DNA of 51,071 nucleotides from positions 186,001-237,071 of the forward strand of contig DATMBG010000044.1 in NCBI GenBank assembly GCA_035559535.1, written 5' to 3'. A program made the translations under genes and the position numbers. Below the pieces are notes generated by a model. It had not been told where the DNA came from and did not search any database. It was given only the letters and a program-made list of their open reading frames with translations. Positions 19,653-28,071 of this stretch are shown one piece after another; the stretch's first letter is position 1, and every line of letters begins with the position of its first letter. This stretch comes from Candidatus Limnocylindrales bacterium (GTDB lineage: Bacteria; Moduliflexota; Moduliflexia; Moduliflexales; JAUQPW01).

Positions 19653-21287
19653 ATGAATCAGACTATACCCTGCGATGTCCTCGTCATAGGTGGTGGAGGA
19701 GCAGGTCTTCGCACGGCCATTGAGGCAAAAAAACTCGCAAACAAGGTTGTCCTGGCCAGTAAAGGAGAAGCCGGACGCAGTGGAAGTACCATGTATTCAG
19801 GCTGTTCCATGATTGCCACTCTTCCCACAGACCCTGAGGAAGCCTTTCGCCTGCATTTTCAAGATACGCTGTTTGTCGGTAAATTTCTTAACGATCCAAC
19901 CCTGGTAGAAGATCTTGTTAATCGGGCAGGGGAAGAAGTTCTGGCCATTGAACAAATGGGTGTTAAGATTCACAAAAAGAAAGGGGGTTTCCTCATGGGA
20001 AGGCCGGATGATGCACCAAACCCCAGTGCTGTGGAACCGGATTATACGGGATACGAGTTTCGGGTTCGAGGAGCTGCGTTAACACAACCTCTGAGAAAAT
20101 ATGCCGATCAAATAGGGGTTCAGGTCATGGATGGGATTACAATCCTACAGTTGATCGTCGAAGATGGAGAAATAACCGGAGCGGTAGGGGTAGATACTCA
20201 AATTGGAGAAACGTATGTTTTTGCAGCCAAGGCGGTGGTTCTGGCCAGTGGGGGGGCCGGTCAATTGTATGCTTTTACCAGCAACAGTCCGGATATTACT
20301 GGAGATTCCTATAGCCTCGCCCTAGAAGCCGGAGTTATACTGCGGGATATGGAATTTGTGGAGTTTAACCCCTGCCGCCTGCTCTTCCCTGACATGCCCA
20401 CCAACCTACCTCCCGATCTTTTTACCTATGGAGCAGTTCTACGGAATGCTAACGGAGAGAGATTCATCTTGAACCATAATCCCAAAGGAGAAGAAAACTC
20501 TTTCCGGGAAGAAATGCCCCGACTCGTATACCTGGAAGTCAAGGAAGGCCGCGGGGTTCAAGGAGGTGTGTATCTCGATGCAACGCCAATTCCCCTAGAT
20601 ATTTGGGAAACCCGATATCCGGCTTTGTTTACCGCATTAAAAAATCAAGGGGTAGATCCTCAAAAGGATTATTTAATTTTTGGAGTGCGCGCCAACATGT
20701 TTGCAGGGGGTGTTAAAATCACCCGACAGGGGGAAAGTAACATTTCAGGGCTCTTTGCCGTCGGTGAAGCCGCCGGGGGTGTACATGGAGCAAAACGGTT
20801 TGGTGGAAACTCCGTAGCCCATACCCTTGTCTCAGGTGCCATTACCGGTCGGGCGGCTGCCTGGCACGCTCAGAAACGCAGAGAAATTCCAGATTTACAG
20901 GGTCACTTAGAAAATGGCTTTGTAAAGAGGTCGGGAACCTTATCCGTAGAAGAAGTCAGTCAACATCTCCGACGAAGTATGTGGGAAAACGTCTCCTTTA
21001 TCCGCTCAGAAACCTCCTTACAAAAGGCAAGGGCAGACATTCAGGCTTGTAGAAAGGCTCTGGAAGATTGTAGAATCGATGATTTAGCAGACTGGCTGCA
21101 GTATAAAATTACCTGTGGGATGTGTCTGGTTGCTGAAGCCATTACCGCATCTGCCCTTTACCGTAAAGAGAGTCGAGGACCCCATTACCGGGAGGATTAT
21201 CCAAATCAAGATAAGGGTTGGCTGGGCAGTGTAGAGGTTCAGAAAATTGGCTCAGACCTGGTATTAAGTTTTAAACCCAAAACATAA
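19653..21287 (+). CDS. FAD-dependent oxidoreductase, SdhA/FrdA/NadB superfamily (divergent active site)
   Basis: DVLVIGGGGAG, AVVLASGGAG, TGDS, DMEFVEF, GLFAVGEAAGGVHGAKRFGGNS, RKESRGPHYREDYP. No Fe-S subunit adjacent. Confidence 0.9.
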   Translation: MNQTIPCDVLVIGGGGAGLRTAIEAKKLANKVVLASKGEAGRSGSTMYSGCSMIATLPTDPEEAFRLHFQDTLFVGKFLNDPTLVEDLVNRAGEEVLAIEQMGVKIHKKKGGFLMGRPDDAPNPSAVEPDYTGYEFRVRGAALTQPLRKYADQIGVQVMDGITILQLIVEDGEITGAVGVDTQIGETYVFAAKAVVLASGGAGQLYAFTSNSPDITGDSYSLALEAGVILRDMEFVEFNPCRLLFPDMPTNLPPDLFTYGAVLRNANGERFILNHNPKGEENSFREEMPRLVYLEVKEGRGVQGGVYLDATPIPLDIWETRYPALFTALKNQGVDPQKDYLIFGVRANMFAGGVKITRQGESNISGLFAVGEAAGGVHGAKRFGGNSVAHTLVSGAITGRAAAWHAQKRREIPDLQGHLENGFVKRSGTLSVEEVSQHLRRSMWENVSFIRSETSLQKARADIQACRKALEDCRIDDLADWLQYKITCGMCLVAEAITASALYRKESRGPHYREDYPNQDKGWLGSVEVQKIGSDLVLSFKPKT

Positions 21288-21464
21288 AATTATTTTATTT
21301 AATCCTAAAGACACAAAGAGTATAGAGAGGATCAATATGGAGACCCCGGAGACGCAGAGATATAAGGGATCGCAAGATTTAATTCCCTTCTCTCTATGTC
21401 GTTGCCTCCTGGGGTTGTGGAATTCCTCAAAGTGTTCTTTGGGCCTTTGGGGTTTTAAGTAATT

Positions 21465-22415
21465 ATGTCCGAGACGCAAAGACCGAATGGTGTTATGAGA
21501 GGAGCCTTTGAGACCACGGGGAGCTGCCGGTTGGTCATGTATGTAATCAAAAAACTTGAGTTAGACGCCAAGCATGGTTTTCTGCTGGATATCCGTTACG
21601 TAAAAGATGAGGTTCAACGCTCTTTGGAATCGGTAGAAGTCGCTCTTCAGGAAGGTTCCACCGATATTATCAGCATCGATTGGATTTCTGTAGCCCGGGA
21701 ACGTGCCCATGGAATTCCCATCACGGCAGGAGTTCCGTATGGAAGAACCATTGGAGGACTCGTCGCCCGTCAGGATTCTTCCATTCAAAGCCTGGAAGAC
21801 TTGCCGGGGAAACGAATTGGTGTGGTCCGAAAGGTAGATAAAAACTGGATTATAACCCGTGCGGCCTGTCTTAAAAGATATGGATTCGATCCTCAAAGGG
21901 AAGCTACGGTGGTGGAAGCTTTATCAAAAAGCAAACTCACCTACCGATTGGAAACCGGAGATGTCGAAGCCGGACTTCAGTTCTGGCAATTGATCCCCCA
22001 TCTGACAGTATCGGGCAAGTTCCGTCAGGTAGTGGATATGATCGACCTCCTCCCTTATCTGGGCGTCCAGAAGATGATCCCCTTCTCGATCTTTACTTTC
22101 CGTGATGAGTTTGTCCAGCGTCAACCCCAGACCATTCGAGCCTATGCCCGTGCCTTTGCAGATGCAGTAGATTATATGAAGCAAAACGATGACATCTGGG
22201 AAGAACTCCGAGAGAAAATGCTCCCTGAAGAGACCCCGGAAGTGGTTCATGCCCTGCGAGACCGATGGCGGGCACGTGTAATGACCAACTGGAATGAAGA
22301 AACCATTCGAAATATTAAGCTTTTCTTTGAAGAAATGTTGAAGGTAGGAGGAAAAGAGGTTCTCGGAGTCGACAGAATTCCAGAAGGGACGTTTACCCTG
22401 GGGCTTACTGCTTGA
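21465..22415 (+). CDS. NitT/TauT(SsuA/THI5)-type substrate-binding-fold protein, PqqT-like, no signal peptide
   Basis: SSIQSLEDLPGKRIGV, DKNWII, LETGDVEAGLQFWQ. N-terminus lacks a hydrophobic core; no permease or ATPase genes nearby. Confidence 0.8.
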   Translation: MSETQRPNGVMRGAFETTGSCRLVMYVIKKLELDAKHGFLLDIRYVKDEVQRSLESVEVALQEGSTDIISIDWISVARERAHGIPITAGVPYGRTIGGLVARQDSSIQSLEDLPGKRIGVVRKVDKNWIITRAACLKRYGFDPQREATVVEALSKSKLTYRLETGDVEAGLQFWQLIPHLTVSGKFRQVVDMIDLLPYLGVQKMIPFSIFTFRDEFVQRQPQTIRAYARAFADAVDYMKQNDDIWEELREKMLPEETPEVVHALRDRWRARVMTNWNEETIRNIKLFFEEMLKVGGKEVLGVDRIPEGTFTLGLTA

Positions 22416-22568
22416 GAGAAAATAGAAAAATACTCCCCTAGGTTCCGGTTCCCATGTCAGATTTCAATAGAGAATAAAATAGAAGCTCAGAAAGCCCCTT
22501 TAGCAAAACCTCTCAGGCATCCGTAACTTGCTTCATGAAAATTTATTTTGAAAAAAGGAGTAAAGAAT

Positions 22569-22862
22569 ATGGCAACATATATTTTATTAAGTACTCTCAC
22601 CGATGAGGGGAGAGAGACCGTCAAGAAACACCCGGAGCGCATCCAGGAGGTTAATAAAGAACTCGAAGCTATGGGGGCCAAAGTGATCAGCCAATACGCG
22701 GTGTTAGGTCCCTATGATTTTGTTAATATTGTGGAAGCTCCAGATAATAAAACCATCTATCGTATCTCCGTGGAACTGGGTTCACGGGGTACCGTCCACA
22801 TTATAAGTTTGCCTGCTATTCCTGTTGATGAGTTTGTGACCATGCTGAAAAGTAAAAGTTAG
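22569..22862 (+). CDS. GYD domain protein
   Basis: MATYILLSTLTDEG...LGPYDFVNIVEAPD; AAGGAG RBS. Confidence 0.88.
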   Translation: MATYILLSTLTDEGRETVKKHPERIQEVNKELEAMGAKVISQYAVLGPYDFVNIVEAPDNKTIYRISVELGSRGTVHIISLPAIPVDEFVTMLKSKS

Positions 22863-23012
22863 TTTCCAGACCTCTTTTTAAGCTTTCAAGAACTCTCCTC
22901 CCAGGAAGTTCAAGGATGTTGCCTGAAAGGAACGGCTACCCTGTGGAACAGCGGCATTAAGTTACCTAATGTAATAGAGATACCAGACATGGCGTCTTTA
23001 CAAAGTTCTGAG

Positions 23013-23051
23013 AACCTGTCCTGAGTCTCTGGATAGAACTCAGGACAGGTT
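23013..23051. repeat. 14-bp inverted repeat between convergent genes (REP/terminator)
   Basis: AACCTGTCCTGAGT / ACTCAGGACAGGTT. Confidence 0.7.
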
Positions 23052-23162
23052 TATCAAAGGACGAACGGGGAAGAAACTGAATCGTTTACAGCAGACTTCG
23101 GCAGGAAACCGGTTCTACCTCTTTTAGGTAGATAAGGGGGTGAATCTGTTTCTCCAAGTACC

Positions 23163-23936
23163 TCAAGAAAGTTCCATCCCCCCTGAAAAGTTAAACCGTT
23201 CTGCCGTTACGTAGGCTGCGGCATCTGAAGCCAGCCATACAGCCGCTTCAGCTACCTCTTCTGGAGTTACCCGCCGTCCCATCGGAAGATCCCTGGTACG
23301 CTCGGCTTTGAGCTGTTCTTCCGTTTTACCGGTTAACTTCATCATTTCTTTTTCTATGGCGTCTACCATACCACCGGTCATTCGGCCCGGAGCTATGGTG
23401 TTGACGGTAACCCCATAGGGGGCCCAGGCCACTGCAGCGCATCGCGTCATGCTATCGACCGCCGCTTTACTTGCACAATAAGAGGTAAAAAAAGGAAAAC
23501 CTGATTTGGAAGCAGGACTTGTAATGTTGATGATTCGTCCAAACTTTTGGGAAATCATGACCCGGGCAGCGGCTTGCATGCAGAAGAAAGCACCCCTTGC
23601 ATTCACGGCAAATACTCTATCCCAGCGTTCGGGGGTTACTTCCAGGATAGGATCAACCAGGGAAATGGCGGCACAATTAACCAAGATATCTAATCGACTC
23701 CATCGGTCTACCACGGTCTGGATCAGTCGCTGACACGCTTCAGCATCTGAAATGTCTATCTGATAAGCCATCCCTTTGTGACTCTGATTAATTTGTGTGA
23801 GGGTTTCGACGGCTGCGTCATAATCCAGATCGGCTACGATAACAACGGCCCCCTCCCGGGCATAAACTTTGGCAATGGCCCGGCCCAGACCATTTCCACC
23901 CCCCACCACTAAAGCAATACGATTATTCAGAATCAT
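23163..23936 (-). CDS. Short-chain dehydrogenase/reductase (NAD-preferring)
   Basis: GGGNGLG, ADLD, LDILVNCAA, YCASK, NTIAPG. Confidence 0.92.
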   Translation of the reverse strand: MILNNRIALVVGGGNGLGRAIAKVYAREGAVVIVADLDYDAAVETLTQINQSHKGMAYQIDISDAEACQRLIQTVVDRWSRLDILVNCAAISLVDPILEVTPERWDRVFAVNARGAFFCMQAAARVMISQKFGRIINITSPASKSGFPFFTSYCASKAAVDSMTRCAAVAWAPYGVTVNTIAPGRMTGGMVDAIEKEMMKLTGKTEEQLKAERTRDLPMGRRVTPEEVAEAAVWLASDAAAYVTAERFNFSGGMELS

Positions 23937-23959
23937 AGAAAAACTCCATTCCCGACCGG

Positions 23960-24562
23960 TCAAAATAAGGGATCAATTCCACTCATTACCATATTCCCCT
24001 CAGGGGTAATGATAACCTCAGCGTGGGGTACAGACTGGATATCGACCATGGTATATCGGTTTGTAAGAAAATGGATGGTTTTATTGGCCGAACCCCTTAA
24101 ATCACGGGCAAGGCGTTGGGAAGCCTCATAACGACCTGCGAGGAGAACATCAATATAGGAAAGGACTTCCGGCCCCTCCCCTACTCTCCTCTGCGCTCCG
24201 GATCCTACTTGCCCAGGTATCCGATCTTTCATTTTTTTAATTTCTTCCCAGGTAAAGCCTGTAAAGAGAATCACGGAAAGGGAAGTCTCGGTCTTAACCC
24301 GCCGTAGCAATTCTGTAATTGCAACCCGTTGCTGAAGAGGTTCGCCACCGCTGATGGTAATCCCCTCAATCTGATCTTTAAGTGCCACAATGCGTTGAAA
24401 TAACTCCACAACGGATGTCCACTTTCCCCCGATAGCAGAATGTGTTTCTGGATTAAAACAACCCGGACATCCTAAACTACAAAATTGGGTCCAGATAACG
24501 GCCCTCTTTCCCGGTCCATTGGCTACACTTAAAGGAACAAAGGCATGAAGGTTGAGTAGCAT
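23960..24562 (-). CDS. Radical SAM protein, NrdG/organic-radical-activase-like
   Basis: NGPGKRAVIWTQFCSLGCPGCFNPETH (CX3CX2C), GITISGGEPLQQ, DVLLAGRY, LRGSAN. Confidence 0.88.
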   Translation of the reverse strand: MLLNLHAFVPLSVANGPGKRAVIWTQFCSLGCPGCFNPETHSAIGGKWTSVVELFQRIVALKDQIEGITISGGEPLQQRVAITELLRRVKTETSLSVILFTGFTWEEIKKMKDRIPGQVGSGAQRRVGEGPEVLSYIDVLLAGRYEASQRLARDLRGSANKTIHFLTNRYTMVDIQSVPHAEVIITPEGNMVMSGIDPLF

Positions 24563-24641
24563 ACCCCCTTCACTATCCCATCTTATATCCCTTTGCATTT
24601 CAGGTGATAATTAAACAGCCCTTATAGAAGGATAGCCGGAG

Positions 24642-25682
24642 TTAGCTTTCCAGTACCTTTTTCACGATCTCCACGGCCTCTTCTATATCCTTCCGGGTTA
24701 CATCCAGGTGGGTAACTCCTCGCAAGAAGGACTTTCCAAAGAAGGTAAACAAAACCCCATGTTCTTTAAGCTTACTGGCCACTTCGCGACTGGTTTTACC
24801 AGTCTCGGCTACGTCGAAGATGACAATGTTGGTTTCGACAGAATCAGGATCTAAGCGGATTCCTTTGATGGTACTCAGACCCCGGGCCAGGATTTTAGCA
24901 TTTTCATGGTCTTCGGCCAGACGATCCACATGATGTTCCAGGGCATAGAGTCCTGCAGCAGCCAGGATGCCGGCCTGGCGCATGCCCCCACCGTACATTT
25001 TTCTATACCAGTGGGCTTTATCGATGAATTTGGCAGAACCTGCTATAACCGATCCAACGGGAGCCCCTAATCCTTTAGATAAGCAGATGGAGACCGAATC
25101 AAAATACTGAGCATATTCTATGGGTTTGATCCCGGTGGCCACACAGGCATTCATCAAGCGAGCCCCATCCAGGTGCATGGCAATTCCATACCGATCGGCT
25201 ACCTTTCGAATTTCGATGATCTTCTCCAGGGGATAAATTTTGCCACCACCCCGGTTATGGGTATTTTCGATGCAGATTAACCGGGTGGGCGCAAAGTGAT
25301 GGTCTGTAGTCGGACGGATGGCTTCTTCAATCTGTGCAGCCTCCATAACTCCCCGATCCCCTTTGATCGTATAGAATTGAATGCCGGCCAGGGCAGCGGA
25401 GCTCCCGGCTTCGAAGTTGAAGGGATGAGCACCCGCCTCAATAATCACCTCGGTTCCAGGTTCAGTATGGGTTTTGATACAAAGCTGATTTCCCATGGTC
25501 CCGGAAGCCACAAAGAGTGCTGCTTCTTTACCTAACAGGTTAGCTACTTTCTGCTGTAAGACATTTACGGAAGGGTCTTCTCCAAACACGTCATCTCCCA
25601 CTTCGGCCTCGAGCATGGCCTGACGCATGGCGGGAGTCGGTTTAGTAACGGTATCACTGCGAAGATCAATGATTTTTGTCAT
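24642..25682 (-). CDS. ltaE: Low-specificity L-threonine aldolase
   Basis: [59 protein letters not shown]. Confidence 0.95.
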   Translation of the reverse strand: MTKIIDLRSDTVTKPTPAMRQAMLEAEVGDDVFGEDPSVNVLQQKVANLLGKEAALFVASGTMGNQLCIKTHTEPGTEVIIEAGAHPFNFEAGSSAALAGIQFYTIKGDRGVMEAAQIEEAIRPTTDHHFAPTRLICIENTHNRGGGKIYPLEKIIEIRKVADRYGIAMHLDGARLMNACVATGIKPIEYAQYFDSVSICLSKGLGAPVGSVIAGSAKFIDKAHWYRKMYGGGMRQAGILAAAGLYALEHHVDRLAEDHENAKILARGLSTIKGIRLDPDSVETNIVIFDVAETGKTSREVASKLKEHGVLFTFFGKSFLRGVTHLDVTRKDIEEAVEIVKKVLES

Positions 25683-25778
25683 TGGTTTATTGTGTTGGTT
25701 GTCCGTTGCCGGTTGTTTTTTTGTCCAGCGTTGTAGGAGTTTATTCCCCGACACAAAAAACAGCCAGTAACGGAAAAC

Positions 25779-27503
25779 TTAGAATTTAATATCCTTGAGG
25801 CGAAGCTGGATACGGGGCTTCCCATTCCGGTTGTTGATTTGAGGACTAAATACCACATCTATCCGAGGCAAAGAAGGAAAAACTTTTTCCAGTAAACTTT
25901 TCATTCCAAAACCGATGGCCTCGGCTGGAGTCTGGGTTATAGACTGCCGCACTTTCATCTTCAAATGATTTTCTCCGACAATGCAAGGAGATCGCATAAT
26001 CTGCAGACCACGGGCTACAAAAACAGGTTCTGGATTCCCTAATCCAAACGGAGCACACTTTTCTAACTCCTTAATAAGCTGGAGTGTTATGCAATCTAAA
26101 TCAACCTCGGCATCTATTTTGATTTGAGGAATCAGATCTTCTCGGGAGAGTTTTCCGGCTCCAATTTTATTAATCTGGTCTCGAAAGGAACTAATCGCCG
26201 AGGTTTCAATGGTCAAACCTGCAGCGGTCATATGACCGCCAAAATTTTTTAACAAACAAGCACATTCCCGGAGCGCCTCAAAAATGGAAAAAGAAGGGAT
26301 ACTTCGGGCAGATCCTCTGCCTATTCCATTGAATTCTGCAATTAAAACGGTTGGGCGATAGTATACTTCCACGATTTTAGAAGCGGCTATTCCAATGACT
26401 CCCGGATGCCAATTGGGAGAGGAAAGGACTAAAATATTTCCCTGATCCAGATGATGTTCCGTCTCAATTTTAGCGAAGGCTTCGTCCAACACGTTCTGCT
26501 CAACTTCCTGCCGTTCTCTATTCGCCCGATCCAGATGACCAGCTATCTCGAAGGCCAGGCGATAATTATCGGTCGTTAACAGCTCGACAGCCTCTGAAGC
26601 ATTTCCCAATCGTCCGATGGCATTGATCCGGGGGGCCAGACTGTATCCTATATGCCTGGACTGAATCTCTTCTTCTTCGAGTCCGGCAACCCGCTTGAGT
26701 TCTATGACACCGGGTTTTTTACTCCGGCTTATCTGCTTTAAACCGTATTTAACCAGGATTCGATTCTCACCCAGCAGAGGGGCTACATCGGCGATAGTTC
26801 CCAACGCCACCAGATCCAAACAGTTGTAAGGTGGAATTTCTTCCGAAGGAGGAATTCCTAAGGAGGACATCAGGGCAACGGAAAGTTTATAAGCAATCCC
26901 TACACCGGCCAGGGATTTAAAGGGATACAAACATTCTTTTTGCCTTGGATTTAAGATGGCCGTGGCTTTTGGAAGGACCGGAGGGGCCTGATGATGATCC
27001 GTAATCAGAACCTGAATTCCCAACTCATTGGCCAGTTCAACTTCCTTACAAGCAGAAATACCACAATCTACCGTAATAATCACTTTGACTCCTTGTTGTT
27101 TAGCCTTTTGGATGGTCTCACAGCTCAAGCCGTATCCTTCTTTGAGACGTTGGGGAATATAGTAAGAATAATTTGCATAGAGTTCCCGGAAAACCCGTAC
27201 CAGTAAAGCAGTACCCGTAATCCCGTCTACGTCATAATCCCCATGGATCATGATGAGCGATTTATCTTGAAGGGCGCGTTGGAGACAGGTGACCGCTTTA
27301 TCCATATCTTTCATAAGAAAGGGGTTATGAAGGTTGGTTAAAGAAGGCTCTAAAAAATCACTGGCGGCCTCCAGAGTTTCCAGGCCTCGATTCAAAAGGA
27401 TAGAGGCTAAGATCGAAGAAATCCGAAGCTCTTTGGAAAAGAATTCCAGCTTTCCTTGATCTATCCGGGGTATAACCCATTGCTTTGGTAGTTTAATCCT
27501 CAT
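25779..27503 (-). CDS. recJ: Single-stranded-DNA exonuclease RecJ
   Basis: GDYDVDG, TVDCG, TDHH, LGTIADV, PRINA.GRL, GSARS, FGGH..AAG, PFG.GNPEP. Confidence 0.97.
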   Translation of the reverse strand: MRIKLPKQWVIPRIDQGKLEFFSKELRISSILASILLNRGLETLEAASDFLEPSLTNLHNPFLMKDMDKAVTCLQRALQDKSLIMIHGDYDVDGITGTALLVRVFRELYANYSYYIPQRLKEGYGLSCETIQKAKQQGVKVIITVDCGISACKEVELANELGIQVLITDHHQAPPVLPKATAILNPRQKECLYPFKSLAGVGIAYKLSVALMSSLGIPPSEEIPPYNCLDLVALGTIADVAPLLGENRILVKYGLKQISRSKKPGVIELKRVAGLEEEEIQSRHIGYSLAPRINAIGRLGNASEAVELLTTDNYRLAFEIAGHLDRANRERQEVEQNVLDEAFAKIETEHHLDQGNILVLSSPNWHPGVIGIAASKIVEVYYRPTVLIAEFNGIGRGSARSIPSFSIFEALRECACLLKNFGGHMTAAGLTIETSAISSFRDQINKIGAGKLSREDLIPQIKIDAEVDLDCITLQLIKELEKCAPFGLGNPEPVFVARGLQIMRSPCIVGENHLKMKVRQSITQTPAEAIGFGMKSLLEKVFPSLPRIDVVFSPQINNRNGKPRIQLRLKDIKF

Positions 27504-27589
27504 CTTAAGAATCGAGTTGAGAAACCCGCTTTCTTACGTCCAATAGGTTTATAACCGGTCCATGAAAACGGGCTTCTAGAAGTTATTAT

Positions 27590-27970
27590 CTAAAGATCAA
27601 GCTCCAGTTCCGGCATTTCTTTCCATTTGGGAGGGGCCTGAGGTTTAAAATTATGGGTAGCGACGAAGGTCGTTCCATGATAAAAATTAACCTTAAACTT
27701 TCCCCCTCCGAAATTTTCCCGGATAAATTCCAGGGGATTTTTCAAAAGTGGCTCCATTTCTTCCCCACGGTAAAATGCCAGGGTTTTGAACCGAACCGTA
27801 GACATCCAGGGTTCTTGTACCAGCAACTTCGCCGAAGAATCTTTAAAAATCCTCTCAAACTCCTCCTGTACAGCCTCCTCACTGGGAGGATCTCCCAGTT
27901 TATACTTAAGTGCTTTAATAATATAGTCTTTGTAGAGATTAAATACCCATTCTGGTTTTTCCATAGACAT
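27590..27970 (-). CDS. Hypothetical protein
   Basis: 126-aa ORF, co-oriented, upstream TTGACA; no family recognised. Confidence 0.65.
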   Translation of the reverse strand: MSMEKPEWVFNLYKDYIIKALKYKLGDPPSEEAVQEEFERIFKDSSAKLLVQEPWMSTVRFKTLAFYRGEEMEPLLKNPLEFIRENFGGGKFKVNFYHGTTFVATHNFKPQAPPKWKEMPELELDL

Positions 27971-28071
27971 TTAAGACCCTTAGAAGCTATATTAAAACTC
28001 CGTGGAGGTTATCTTTGATCTTAAGTTTATCGTGTAGGAAAATAAGGAGGATGTCAAGCTGAAAATACGAC

